From the NCBI GenBank assembly GCA_002269645.1, contig NIVC01001977.1:14041-78040 (forward strand): a stretch of DNA of 64,000 nt, written 5' to 3'. The notes beneath the pieces are model-generated. The model worked only from the letters and a program-made list of their open reading frames with translations, had not been told where the DNA came from and did not search any database. Positions 15,001 to 29,690 of the stretch are shown here, one piece after another. Made by a program: the position numbers and the translations under genes. This stretch comes from Macrostomum lignano (taxonomy: Eukaryota). Numbering within the stretch: position 1 is the first letter of the stretch; each line of letters starts with the position of its first letter.

Positions 15001-18000
15001 TGTCTATTTGTCTAAAGAAACTGACTGCGTGCAAAATACAAGTGCACGGAAGCAGAATAACACGCCGTGAGCGTATTTTCGAACGCCTGTGCATGCGCGA
15101 GACTGCTTGGTGTAGTTATTAGAAGGCAACTGCGCCTCTAGCTTAAACCGTGTCTATTTGTCTAAAGAAACTGACTGCGTGCAAAATACAAGTGCACGGA
15201 AGCAGAATAACACGCCGTGAGCGTATTTTCGAACGCCTGTGCATGCGCGAGACTGCTTGGTGTAGTTATTAGAAGGCAACTGCGCCTCTAGCTTAAACCG
15301 TGTCTATTTGTCTAAAGAAACTGACTGCGTGCAAAATACAAGTGCACGGAAGCAGAATAACACGCCGTGAGCGTATTTTCGAACGCCTGTGCATGCGCGA
15401 GACTGCTTGGTGTAGTTATTAGAAGGCAACTGCGCCTCTAGCTTAAACCGTGTCTATTTGTCTAAAGAAACTGACTGCGTGCAAAATACAAGTGCACGGA
15501 AGCAGAATAACACGCCGTGAGCGTATTTTCGAACGCCTGTGCATGCGCGAGACTGCTTGGTGTAGTTATTAGAAGGCAACTGCGCCTCTAGCTTAAACCG
15601 TGTCTATTTGTCTAAAGAAACTGACTGCGTGCAAAATACAAGTGCACGGAAGCAGAATAACACGCCGTGAGCGTATTTTCGAACGCCTGTGCATGCGCGA
15701 GACTGCTTGGTGTAGTTATTAGAAGGCAACTGCGCCTCTAGCTTAAACCGTGTCTATTTGTCTAAAGAAACTGACTGCGTGCAAAATACAAGTGCACGGA
15801 AGCAGAATAACACGCCGTGAGCGTATTTTCGAACGCCTGTGCATGCGCGAGACTGCTTGGTGTAGTTATTAGAAGGCAACTGCGCCTCTAGCTTAAACCG
15901 TGTCTATTTGTCTAAAGAAACTGACTGCGTGCAAAATACAAGTGCACGGAAGCAGAATAACACGCCGTGAGCGTATTTTCGAACGCCTGTGCATGCGCGA
16001 GACTGCTTGGTGTAGTTATTAGAAGGCAACTGCGCCTCTAGCTTAAACCGTGTCTATTTGTCTAAAGAAACTGACTGCGTGCAAAATACAAGTGCACGGA
16101 AGCAGAATAACACGCCGTGAGCGTATTTTCGAACGCCTGTGCATGCGCGAGACTGCTTGGTGTAGTTATTAGAAGGCAACTGCGCCTCTAGCTTAAACCG
16201 TGTCTATTTGTCTAAACCGTGTCTAAACTGACTGCGTGCAAAATACAAGTGCACGGAAGCAGAATAACACGCCGTGAGCGTATTTTCGAACGCCTGTGCA
16301 TGCGCGTGCATGCGCGAGACTGCTTGGTGTAGTTATTAGAAGGCAACTGCGCCTCTAGCTTAAACCGTGTCTATTTGTCTAAAGAAACTGACTGCGTGCA
16401 AAATACAAGTGCACGGAAGCAGAATAACACGCCGTGAGCGTATTTTCGAACGCCTGTGCATGCGCGAGACTGCTTGGTGTAGTTATTAGAAGGCAACTGC
16501 GCCTCTAGCTTAAACCGTGTCTATTTGTCTAAAGAAACTGACTGCGTGCAAAATACAAGTGCACGGAAGCAGAATAACACGCCGTGAGCGTATTTTCGAA
16601 CGCCTGTGCATGCGCGAGACTGCTTGGTGTAGTTATTAGAAGGCAACTGCGCCTCTAGCTTAAACCGTGTCTATTTGTCTAAAGAAACTGACTGCGTGCA
16701 AAATACAAGTGCACGGAAGCAGAATAACACGCCGTGAGCGTATTTTCGAACGCCTGTGCATGCGCGAGACTGCTTGGTGTAGTTATTAGAAGGCAACTGC
16801 GCCTCTAGCTTAAACCGTGTCTATTTGTCTAAAGAAACTGACTGCGTGCAAAATACAAGTGCACGGAAGCAGAATAACACGCCGTGAGCGTATTTTCGAA
16901 CGCCTGTGCATGCGCGAGACTGCTTGGTGTAGTTATTAGAAGGCAACTGCGCCTCTAGCTTAAACCGTGTCTATTTGTCTAAAGAAACTGACTGCGTGCA
17001 AAATACAAGTGCACGGAAGCAGAATAACACGCCGTGAGCGTATTTTCGAACGCCTGTGCATGCGCGAGACTGCTTGGTGTAGTTATTAGAAGGCAACTGC
17101 GCCTCTAGCTTAAACCGTGTCTATTTGTCTAAAGAAACTGACTGCGTGCAAAATACAAGTGCACGGAAGCAGAATAACACGCCGTGAGCGTATTTTCGAA
17201 CGCCTGTGCATGCGCGAGACTGCTTGGTGTAGTTATTAGAAGGCAACTGCGCCTCTAGCTTAAACCGTGTCTATTTGTCTAAAGAAACTGACTGCGTGCA
17301 AAATACAAGTGCACGGAAGCAGAATAACACGCCGTGAGCGTATTTTCGAACGCCTGTGCATGCGCGAGACTGCTTGGTGTAGTTATTAGAAGGCAACTGC
17401 GCCTCTAGCTTAAACCGTGTCTATTTGTCTAAAGAAACTGACTGCGTGCAAAATACAAGTGCACGGAAGCAGAATAACACGCCGTGAGCGTATTTTCGAA
17501 CGCCTGTGCATGCGCGAGACTGCTTGGTGTAGTTATTAGAAGGCAACTGCGCCTCTAGCTTAAACCGTGTCTATTTGTCTAAAGAAACTGACTGCGTGCA
17601 AAATACAAGTGCACGGAAGCAGAATAACACGCCGTGAGCGTATTTTCGAACGCCTGTGCATGCGCGAGACTGCTTGGTGTAGTTATTAGAAGGCAACTGC
17701 GCCTCTAGCTTAAACCGTGTCTATTTGTCTAAAGAAACTGACTGCGTGCAAAATACAAGTGCACGGAAGCAGAATAACACGCCGTGAGCGTATTTTCGAA
17801 CGCCTGTGCATGCGCGAGACTGCTTGGTGTAGTTATTAGAAGGCAACTGCGCCTCTAGCTTAAACCGTGTCTATTTGTCTAAAGAAACTGACTGCGTGCA
17901 AAATACAAGTGCACGGAAGCAGAATAACACGCCGTGAGCGTATTTTCGAACGCCTGTGCATGCGCGAGACTGCTTGGTGTAGTTATTAGAAGGCAACTGC

Positions 18001-21000
18001 GCCTCTAGCTTAAACCGTGTCTATTTGTCTAAAGAAACTGACTGCGTGCAAAATACAAGTGCACGGAAGCAGAATAACACGCCGTGAGCGTATTTTCGAA
18101 CGCCTGTGCATGCGCGAGACTGCTTGGTGTAGTTATTAGAAGGCAACTGCGCCTCTAGCTTAAACCGTGTCTATTTGTCTAAAGAAACTGACTGCGTGCA
18201 AAATACAAGTGCACGGAAGCAGAATAACACGCCGTGAGCGTATTTTCGAACGCCTGTGCATGCGCGAGACTGCTTGGTGTAGTTATTAGAAGGCAACTGC
18301 GCCTCTAGCTTAAACCGTGTCTATTTGTCTAAAGAAACTGACTGCGTGCAAAATACAAGTGCACGGAAGCAGAATAACACGCCGTGAGCGTATTTTCGAA
18401 CGCCTGTGCATGCGCGAGACTGCTTGGTGTAGTTATTAGAAGGCAACTGCGCCTCTAGCTTAAACCGTGTCTATTTGTCTAAAGAAACTGACTGCGTGCA
18501 AAATACAAGTGCACGGAAGCAGAATAACACGCCGTGAGCGTATTTTCGAACGCCTGTGCATGCGCGAGACTGCTTGGTGTAGTTATTAGAAGGCAACTGC
18601 GCCTCTAGCTTAAACCGTGTCTATTTGTCTAAAGAAACTGACTGCGTGCAAAATACAAGTGCACGGAAGCAGAATAACACGCCGTGAGCGTATTTTCGAA
18701 CGCCTGTGCATGCGCGAGACTGCTTGGTGTAGTTATTAGAAGGCAACTGCGCCTCTAGCTTAAACCGTGTCTATTTGTCTAAAGAAACTGACTGCGTGCA
18801 AAATACAAGTGCACGGAAGCAGAATAACACGCCGTGAGCGTATTTTCGAACGCCTGTGCATGCGCGAGACTGCTTGGTGTAGTTATTAGAAGGCAACTGC
18901 GCCTCTAGCTTAAACCGTGTCTATTTGTCTAAAGAAACTGACTGCGTGCAAAATACAAGTGCACGGAAGCAGAATAACACGCCGTGAGCGTATTTTCGAA
19001 CGCCTGTGCATGCGCGAGACTGCTTGGTGTAGTTATTAGAAGGCAACTGCGCCTCTAGCTTAAACCGTGTCTATTTGTCTAAAGAAACTGACTGCGTGCA
19101 AAATACAAGTGCACGGAAGCAGAATAACACGCCGTGAGCGTATTTTCGAACGCCTGTGCATGCGCGAGACTGCTTGGTGTAGTTATTAGAAGGCAACTGC
19201 GCCTCTAGCTTAAACCGTGTCTATTTGTCTAAAGAAACTGACTGCGTGCAAAATACAAGTGCACGGAAGCAGAATAACACGCCGTGAGCGTATTTTCGAA
19301 CGCCTGTGCATGCGCGAGACTGCTTGGTGTAGTTATTAGAAGGCAACTGCGCCTCTAGCTTAAACCGTGTCTATTTGTCTAAAGAAACTGACTGCGTGCA
19401 AAATACAAGTGCACGGAAGCAGAATAACACGCCGTGAGCGTATTTTCGAACGCCTGTGCATGCGCGAGACTGCTTGGTGTAGTTATTAGAAGGCAACTGC
19501 GCCTCTAGCTTAAACCGTGTCTATTTGTCTAAAGAAACTGACTGCGTGCAAAATACAAGTGCACGGAAGCAGAATAACACGCCGTGAGCGTATTTTCGAA
19601 CGCCTGTGCATGCGCGAGACTGCTTGGTGTAGTTATTAGAAGGCAACTGCGCCTCTAGCTTAAACCGTGTCTATTTGTCTAAAGAAACTGACTGCGTGCA
19701 AAATACAAGTGCACGGAAGCAGAATAACACGCCGTGAGCGTATTTTCGAACGCCTGTGCATGCGCGAGACTGCTTGGTGTAGTTATTAGAAGGCAACTGC
19801 GCCTCTAGCTTAAACCGTGTCTATTTGTCTAAAGAAACTGACTGCGTGCAAAATACAAGTGCACGGAAGCAGAATAACACGCCGTGAGCGTATTTTCGAA
19901 CGCCTGTGCATGCGCGAGACTGCTTGGTGTAGTTATTAGAAGGCAACTGCGCCTCTAGCTTAAACCGTGTCTATTTGTCTAAAGAAACTGACTGCGTGCA
20001 AAATACAAGTGCACGGAAGCAGAATAACACGCCGTGAGCGTATTTTCGAACGCCTGTGCATGCGCGAGACTGCTTGGTGTAGTTATTAGAAGGCAACTGC
20101 GCCTCTAGCTTAAACCGTGTCTATTTGTCTAAAGAAACTGACTGCGTGCAAAATACAAGTGCACGGAAGCAGAATAACACGCCGTGAGCGTATTTTCGAA
20201 CGCCTGTGCATGCGCGAGACTGCTTGGTGTAGTTATTAGAAGGCAACTGCGCCTCTAGCTTAAACCGTGTCTATTTGTCTAAAGAAACTGACTGCGTGCA
20301 AAATACAAGTGCACGGAAGCAGAATAACACGCCGTGAGCGTATTTTCGAACGCCTGTGCATGCGCGAGACTGCTTGGTGTAGTTATTAGAAGGCAACTGC
20401 GCCTCTAGCTTAAACCGTGTCTATTTGTCTAAAGAAACTGACTGCGTGCAAAATACAAGTGCACGGAAGCAGAATAACACGCCGTGAGCGTATTTTCGAA
20501 CGCCTGTGCATGCGCGAGACTGCTTGGTGTAGTTATTAGAAGGCAACTGCGCCTCTAGCTTAAACCGTGTCTATTTGTCTAAAGAAACTGACTGCGTGCA
20601 AAATACAAGTGCACGGAAGCAGAATAACACGCCGTGAGCGTATTTTCGAACGCCTGTGCATGCGCGAGACTGCTTGGTGTAGTTATTAGAAGGCAACTGC
20701 GCCTCTAGCTTAAACCGTGTCTATTTGTCTAAAGAAACTGACTGCGTGCAAAATACAAGTGCACGGAAGCAGAATAACACGCCGTGAGCGTATTTTCGAA
20801 CGCCTGTGCATGCGCGAGACTGCTTGGTGTAGTTATTAGAAGGCAACTGCGCCTCTAGCTTAAACCGTGTCTATTTGTCTAAAGAAACTGACTGCGTGCA
20901 AAATACAAGTGCACGGAAGCAGAATAACACGCCGTGAGCGTATTTTCGAACGCCTGTGCATGCGCGAGACTGCTTGGTGTAGTTATTAGAAGGCAACTGC

Positions 21001-24000
21001 GCCTCTAGCTTAAACCGTGTCTATTTGTCTAAAGAAACTGACTGCGTGCAAAATACAAGTGCACGGAAGCAGAATAACACGCCGTGAGCGTATTTTCGAA
21101 CGCCTGTGCATGCGCGAGACTGCTTGGTGTAGTTATTAGAAGGCAACTGCGCCTCTAGCTTAAACCGTGTCTATTTGTCTAAAGAAACTGACTGCGTGCA
21201 AAATACAAGTGCACGGAAGCAGAATAACACGCCGTGAGCGTATTTTCGAACGCCTGTGCATGCGCGAGACTGCTTGGTGTAGTTATTAGAAGGCAACTGC
21301 GCCTCTAGCTTAAACCGTGTCTATTTGTCTAAAGAAACTGACTGCGTGCAAAATACAAGTGCACGGAAGCAGAATAACACGCCGTGAGCGTATTTTCGAA
21401 CGCCTGTGCATGCGCGAGACTGCTTGGTGTAGTTATTAGAAGGCAACTGCGCCTCTAGCTTAAACCGTGTCTATTTGTCTAAAGAAACTGACTGCGTGCA
21501 AAATACAAGTGCACGGAAGCAGAATAACACGCCGTGAGCGTATTTTCGAACGCCTGTGCATGCGCGAGACTGCTTGGTGTAGTTATTAGAAGGCAACTGC
21601 GCCTCTAGCTTAAACCGTGTCTATTTGTCTAAAGAAACTGACTGCGTGCAAAATACAAGTGCACGGAAGCAGAATAACACGCCGTGAGCGTATTTTCGAA
21701 CGCCTGTGCATGCGCGAGACTGCTTGGTGTAGTTATTAGAAGGCAACTGCGCCTCTAGCTTAAACCGTGTCTATTTGTCTAAAGAAACTGACTGCGTGCA
21801 AAATACAAGTGCACGGAAGCAGAATAACACGCCGTGAGCGTATTTTCGAACGCCTGTGCATGCGCGAGACTGCTTGGTGTAGTTATTAGAAGGCAACTGC
21901 GCCTCTAGCTTAAACCGTGTCTATTTGTCTAAAGAAACTGACTGCGTGCAAAATACAAGTGCACGGAAGCAGAATAACACGCCGTGAGCGTATTTTCGAA
22001 CGCCTGTGCATGCGCGAGACTGCTTGGTGTAGTTATTAGAAGGCAACTGCGCCTCTAGCTTAAACCGTGTCTATTTGTCTAAAGAAACTGACTGCGTGCA
22101 AAATACAAGTGCACGGAAGCAGAATAACACGCCGTGAGCGTATTTTCGAACGCCTGTGCATGCGCGAGACTGCTTGGTGTAGTTATTAGAAGGCAACTGC
22201 GCCTCTAGCTTAAACCGTGTCTATTTGTCTAAAGAAACTGACTGCGTGCAAAATACAAGTGCACGGAAGCAGAATAACACGCCGTGAGCGTATTTTCGAA
22301 CGCCTGTGCATGCGCGAGACTGCTTGGTGTAGTTATTAGAAGGCAACTGCGCCTCTAGCTTAAACCGTGTCTATTTGTCTAAAGAAACTGACTGCGTGCA
22401 AAATACAAGTGCACGGAAGCAGAATAACACGCCGTGAGCGTATTTTCGAACGCCTGTGCATGCGCGAGACTGCTTGGTGTAGTTATTAGAAGGCAACTGC
22501 GCCTCTAGCTTAAACCGTGTCTATTTGTCTAAAGAAACTGACTGCGTGCAAAATACAAGTGCACGGAAGCAGAATAACACGCCGTGAGCGTATTTTCGAA
22601 CGCCTGTGCATGCGCGAGACTGCTTGGTGTAGTTATTAGAAGGCAACTGCGCCTCTAGCTTAAACCGTGTCTATTTGTCTAAAGAAACTGACTGCGTGCA
22701 AAATACAAGTGCACGGAAGCAGAATAACACGCCGTGAGCGTATTTTCGAACGCCTGTGCATGCGCGAGACTGCTTGGTGTAGTTATTAGAAGGCAACTGC
22801 GCCTCTAGCTTAAACCGTGTCTATTTGTCTAAAGAAACTGACTGCGTGCAAAATACAAGTGCACGGAAGCAGAATAACACGCCGTGAGCGTATTTTCGAA
22901 CGCCTGTGCATGCGCGAGACTGCTTGGTGTAGTTATTAGAAGGCAACTGCGCCTCTAGCTTAAACCGTGTCTATTTGTCTAAAGAAACTGACTGCGTGCA
23001 AAATACAAGTGCACGGAAGCAGAATAACACGCCGTGAGCGTATTTTCGAACGCCTGTGCATGCGCGAGACTGCTTGGTGTAGTTATTAGAAGGCAACTGC
23101 GCCTCTAGCTTAAACCGTGTCTATTTGTCTAAAGAAACTGACTGCGTGCAAAATACAAGTGCACGGAAGCAGAATAACACGCCGTGAGCGTATTTTCGAA
23201 CGCCTGTGCATGCGCGAGACTGCTTGGTGTAGTTATTAGAAGGCAACTGCGCCTCTAGCTTAAACCGTGTCTATTTGTCTAAAGAAACTGACTGCGTGCA
23301 AAATACAAGTGCACGGAAGCAGAATAACACGCCGTGAGCGTATTTTCGAACGCCTGTGCATGCGCGAGACTGCTTGGTGTAGTTATTAGAAGGCAACTGC
23401 GCCTCTAGCTTAAACCGTGTCTATTTGTCTAAAGAAACTGACTGCGTGCAAAATACAAGTGCACGGAAGCAGAATAACACGCCGTGAGCGTATTTTCGAA
23501 CGCCTGTGCATGCGCGAGACTGCTTGGTGTAGTTATTAGAAGGCAACTGCGCCTCTAGCTTAAACCGTGTCTATTTGTCTAAAGAAACTGACTGCGTGCA
23601 AAATACAAGTGCACGGAAGCAGAATAACACGCCGTGAGCGTATTTTCGAACGCCTGTGCATGCGCGAGACTGCTTGGTGTAGTTATTAGAAGGCAACTGC
23701 GCCTCTAGCTTAAACCGTGTCTATTTGTCTAAAGAAACTGACTGCGTGCAAAATACAAGTGCACGGAAGCAGAATAACACGCCGTGAGCGTATTTTCGAA
23801 CGCCTGTGCATGCGCGAGACTGCTTGGTGTAGTTATTAGAAGGCAACTGCGCCTCTAGCTTAAACCGTGTCTATTTGTCTAAAGAAACTGACTGCGTGCA
23901 AAATACAAGTGCACGGAAGCAGAATAACACGCCGTGAGCGTATTTTCGAACGCCTGTGCATGCGCGAGACTGCTTGGTGTAGTTATTAGAAGGCAACTGC

Positions 24001-27000
24001 GCCTCTAGCTTAAACCGTGTCTATTTGTCTAAAGAAACTGACTGCGTGCAAAATACAAGTGCACGGAAGCAGAATAACACGCCGTGAGCGTATTTTCGAA
24101 CGCCTGTGCATGCGCGAGACTGCTTGGTGTAGTTATTAGAAGGCAACTGCGCCTCTAGCTTAAACCGTGTCTATTTGTCTAAAGAAACTGACTGCGTGCA
24201 AAATACAAGTGCACGGAAGCAGAATAACACGCCGTGAGCGTATTTTCGAACGCCTGTGCATGCGCGAGACTGCTTGGTGTAGTTATTAGAAGGCAACTGC
24301 GCCTCTAGCTTAAACCGTGTCTATTTGTCTAAAGAAACTGACTGCGTGCAAAATACAAGTGCACGGAAGCAGAATAACACGCCGTGAGCGTATTTTCGAA
24401 CGCCTGTGCATGCGCGAGACTGCTTGGTGTAGTTATTAGAAGGCAACTGCGCCTCTAGCTTAAACCGTGTCTATTTGTCTAAAGAAACTGACTGCGTGCA
24501 AAATACAAGTGCACGGAAGCAGAATAACACGCCGTGAGCGTATTTTCGAACGCCTGTGCATGCGCGAGACTGCTTGGTGTAGTTATTAGAAGGCAACTGC
24601 GCCTCTAGCTTAAACCGTGTCTATTTGTCTAAAGAAACTGACTGCGTGCAAAATACAAGTGCACGGAAGCAGAATAACACGCCGTGAGCGTATTTTCGAA
24701 CGCCTGTGCATGCGCGAGACTGCTTGGTGTAGTTATTAGAAGGCAACTGCGCCTCTAGCTTAAACCGTGTCTATTTGTCTAAAGAAACTGACTGCGTGCA
24801 AAATACAAGTGCACGGAAGCAGAATAACACGCCGTGAGCGTATTTTCGAACGCCTGTGCATGCGCGAGACTGCTTGGTGTAGTTATTAGAAGGCAACTGC
24901 GCCTCTAGCTTAAACCGTGTCTATTTGTCTAAAGAAACTGACTGCGTGCAAAATACAAGTGCACGGAAGCAGAATAACACGCCGTGAGCGTATTTTCGAA
25001 CGCCTGTGCATGCGCGAGACTGCTTGGTGTAGTTATTAGAAGGCAACTGCGCCTCTAGCTTAAACCGTGTCTATTTGTCTAAAGAAACTGACTGCGTGCA
25101 AAATACAAGTGCACGGAAGCAGAATAACACGCCGTGAGCGTATTTTCGAACGCCTGTGCATGCGCGAGACTGCTTGGTGTAGTTATTAGAAGGCAACTGC
25201 GCCTCTAGCTTAAACCGTGTCTATTTGTCTAAAGAAACTGACTGCGTGCAAAATACAAGTGCACGGAAGCAGAATAACACGCCGTGAGCGTATTTTCGAA
25301 CGCCTGTGCATGCGCGAGACTGCTTGGTGTAGTTATTAGAAGGCAACTGCGCCTCTAGCTTAAACCGTGTCTATTTGTCTAAAGAAACTGACTGCGTGCA
25401 AAATACAAGTGCACGGAAGCAGAATAACACGCCGTGAGCGTATTTTCGAACGCCTGTGCATGCGCGAGACTGCTTGGTGTAGTTATTAGAAGGCAACTGC
25501 GCCTCTAGCTTAAACCGTGTCTATTTGTCTAAAGAAACTGACTGCGTGCAAAATACAAGTGCACGGAAGCAGAATAACACGCCGTGAGCGTATTTTCGAA
25601 CGCCTGTGCATGCGCGAGACTGCTTGGTGTAGTTATTAGAAGGCAACTGCGCCTCTAGCTTAAACCGTGTCTATTTGTCTAAAGAAACTGACTGCGTGCA
25701 AAATACAAGTGCACGGAAGCAGAATAACACGCCGTGAGCGTATTTTCGAACGCCTGTGCATGCGCGAGACTGCTTGGTGTAGTTATTAGAAGGCAACTGC
25801 GCCTCTAGCTTAAACCGTGTCTATTTGTCTAAAGAAACTGACTGCGTGCAAAATACAAGTGCACGGAAGCAGAATAACACGCCGTGAGCGTATTTTCGAA
25901 CGCCTGTGCATGCGCGAGACTGCTTGGTGTAGTTATTAGAAGGCAACTGCGCCTCTAGCTTAAACCGTGTCTATTTGTCTAAAGAAACTGACTGCGTGCA
26001 AAATACAAGTGCACGGAAGCAGAATAACACGCCGTGAGCGTATTTTCGAACGCCTGTGCATGCGCGAGACTGCTTGGTGTAGTTATTAGAAGGCAACTGC
26101 GCCTCTAGCTTAAACCGTGTCTATTTGTCTAAAGAAACTGACTGCGTGCAAAATACAAGTGCACGGAAGCAGAATAACACGCCGTGAGCGTATTTTCGAA
26201 CGCCTGTGCATGCGCGAGACTGCTTGGTGTAGTTATTAGAAGGCAACTGCGCCTCTAGCTTAAACCGTGTCTATTTGTCTAAAGAAACTGACTGCGTGCA
26301 AAATACAAGTGCGGAAGCAGAATAACACGCCGTGAGCGTATTTTCGAACGCCTGTGCATGCGCGAGACTGCTTGGTGTAGTTATTAGAAGGCAACTGCGC
26401 CTCTAGCTTAAACCGTGTCTATTTGTCTAAAGAAACTGACTGCGTGCAAAATACAAGTGCACGGAAGCAGAATAACACGCCGTGAGCGTATTTTCGAACG
26501 CCTGTGCATGCGCGAGACTGCTTGGTGTAGTTATTAGAAGGCAACTGCGCCTCTAGCTTAAACCGTGTCTATTTGTCTAAAGAAACTGACTGCGTGCAAA
26601 ATACAAGTGCACGGAAGCAGAATAACACGCCGTGAGCGTATTTTCGAACGCCTGTGCATGCGCGAGACTGCTTGGTGTAGTTATTAGAAGGCAACTGCGC
26701 CTCTAGCTTAAACCGTGTCTATTTGTCTAAAGAAACTGACTGCGTGCAAAATACAAGTGCACGGAAGCAGAATAACACGCCGTGAGCGTATTTTCGAACG
26801 CCTGTGCATGCGCGAGACTGCTTGGTGTAGTTATTAGAAGGCAACTGCGCCTCTAGCTTAAACCGTGTCTATTTGTCTAAAGAAACTGACTGCGTGCAAA
26901 ATACAAGTGCACGGAAGCAGAATAACACGCCGTGAGCGTATTTTCGAACGCCTGTGCATGCGCGAGACTGCTTGGTGTAGTTATTAGAAGGCAACTGCGC

Positions 27001-29690
27001 CTCTAGCTTAAACCGTGTCTATTTGTCTAAAGAAACTGACTGCGTGCAAAATACAAGTGCACGGAAGCAGAATAACACGCCGTGAGCGTATTTTCGAACG
27101 CCTGTGCATGCGCGAGACTGCTTGGTGTAGTTATTAGAAGGCAACTGCGCCTCTAGCTTAAACCGTGTCTATTTGTCTAAAGAAACTGACTGCGTGCAAA
27201 ATACAAGTGCACGGAAGCAGAATAACACGCCGTGAGCGTATTTTCGAACGCCTGTGCATGCGCGAGACTGCTTGGTGTAGTTATTAGAAGGCAACTGCGC
27301 CTCTAGCTTAAACCGTGTCTATTTGTCTAAAGAAACTGACTGCGTGCAAAATACAAGTGCACGGAAGCAGAATAACACGCCGTGAGCGTATTTTCGAACG
27401 CCTGTGCATGCGCGAGACTGCTTGGTGTAGTTATTAGAAGGCAACTGCGCCTCTAGCTTAAACCGTGTCTATTTGTCTAAAGAAACTGACTGCGTGCAAA
27501 ATACAAGTGCACGGAAGCAGAATAACACGCCGTGAGCGTATTTTCGAACGCCTGTGCATGCGCGAGACTGCTTGGTGTAGTTATTAGAAGGCAACTGCGC
27601 CTCTAGCTTAAACCGTGTCTATTTGTCTAAAGAAACTGACTGCGTGCAAAATACAAGTGCACGGAAGCAGAATAACACGCCGTGAGCGTATTTTCGAACG
27701 CCTGTGCATGCGCGAGACTGCTTGGTGTAGTTATTAGAAGGCAACTGCGCCTCTAGCTTAAACCGTGTCTATTTGTCTAAAGAAACTGACTGCGTGCAAA
27801 ATACAAGTGCGCGGAAGCAGAATAACACGCCGTGAGCGTATTTTCGAACGCCTGTGCATGCGCGAGACTGCTTGGTGTAGTTATTAGAAGGCAACTGCGC
27901 CTCTAGCTTAAACCGTGTCTATTTGTCTAAAGAAACTGACTGCGTGCAAAATACAAGTGCGGAAGCAGAATAACACGCCGTGAGCGTATTTTCGAACGCC
28001 TGTGCATGCGCGAGACTGCTTGGTGTAGTTATTAGAAGGCAACTGCGCCTCTAGCTTAAACCGTGTCTATTTGTCTAAAGAAACTGACTGCGTGCAAAAT
28101 ACAAGTGCGCGGAAGCAGAATAACACGCCGTGAGCGTATTTTCGAACGCCTGTGCATGCGCGAGACTGCTTGGTGTAGTTATTAGAAGGCAACTGCGCCT
28201 CTAGCTTAAACCGTGTCTATTTGTCTAAAGAAACTGACTGCGTGCAAAATACAAGTGCACGGAAGCAGAATAACACGCCGTGAGCGTATTTTCGAACGCC
28301 TGTGCATGCGCGAGACTGCTTGGTGTAGTTATTAGAAGGCAACTGCGCCTCTAGCTTAAACCGTGTCTATTTGTCTAAAGAAACTGACTGCGTGCAAAAT
28401 ACAAGTGCGCGGAAGCAGAATAACACGCCGTGAGCGTATTTTCGAACGCCTGTGCATGCGCGAGACTGCTTGGTGTAGTTATTAGAAGGCAACTGCGCCT
28501 CTAGCTTAAACCGTGTCTATTTGTCTAAAGAAACTGACTGCGTGCAAAATACAAGTGCACGGAAGCAGAATAACACGCCGTGAGCGTATTTTCGAACGCC
28601 TGTGCATGCGCGAGACTGCTTGGTGTAGTTATTAGAAGGCAACTGCGCCTCTAGCTTAAACCGTGTCTATTTGTCTAAAGAAACTGACTGCGTGCAAAAT
28701 ACAAGTGCACGGAAGCAGAATAACACGCCGTGAGCGTATTTTCGAACGCCTGTGCATGCGCGAGACTGCTTGGTGTAGTTATTAGAAGGCAACTGCGCCT
28801 CTAGCTTAAACCGTGTCTATTTGTCTAAAGAAACTGACTGCGTGCAAAATACAAGTGCACGGAAGCAGAATAACACGCCGTGAGCGTATTTTCGAACGCC
28901 TGTGCATGCGCGAGACTGCTTGGTGTAGTTATTAGAAGGCAACTGCGCCTCTAGCTTAAACCGTGTCTATTTGTCTAAAGAAACTGACTGCGTGCAAAAT
29001 ACAAGTGCGCGGAAGCAGAATAACACGCCGTGAGCGTATTTTCGAACGCCTGTGCATGCGCGAGACTGCTTGGTGTAGTTATTAGAAGGCAACTGCGCCT
29101 CTAGCTTAAACCGTGTCTATTTGTCTAAAGAAACTGACTGCGTGCAAAATACAAGTGCACGGAAGCAGAATAACACGCCGTGAGCGTATTTTCGAACGCC
29201 TGTGCATGCGCGAGACTGCTTGGTGTAGTTATTAGAAGGCAACTGCGCCTCTAGCTTAAACCGTGTCTATTTGTCTAAAGAAACTGACTGCGTGCAAAAT
29301 ACAAGTGCGCGGAAGCAGAATAACACGCCGTGAGCGTATTTTCGAACGCCTGTGCATGCGCGAGACTGCTTGGTGTAGTTATTAGAAGGCAACTGCGCCT
29401 CTAGCTTAAACCGTGTCTATTTGTCTAAAGAAACTGACTGCGTGCAAAATACAAGTGCGCGGAAGCAGAATAACACGCCGTGAGCGTATTTTCGAACGCC
29501 TGTGCATGCGCGAGACTGCTTGGTGTAGTTATTAGAAGGCAACTGCGCCTCTAGCTTAAACCGTGTCTATTTGTCTAAAGAAACTGACTGCGTGCAAAAT
29601 ACAAGTGCGGAAGCAGAATAACACGCCGTGAGCGTATTATTTTCGAACGCCTGTGCATGCGCGAGACTGCTTGGTGTAGTTATTAGAAGG
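1..29690. repeat. 150-bp tandem satellite, left array ('G' variant, ...gtctaaaGaaactg...), ~198 copies
   Basis: The monomer tgtctatttgtctaaagaaactgactgcgtgcaaaatacaagtgcacggaagcagaataacacgccgtgagcgtattttcgaacgcctgtgcatgcgcgagactgcttggtgtagttattagaaggcaactgcgcctctagcttaaaccg repeats with exact 150-nt phase from 1 to 16,200. There is one +17-nt aberrant unit at 16,201-16,367, 2-nt deletions near 26,312, 27,960 and 29,609, and A>G variants from 27,811 onward. Confidence 0.99.
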
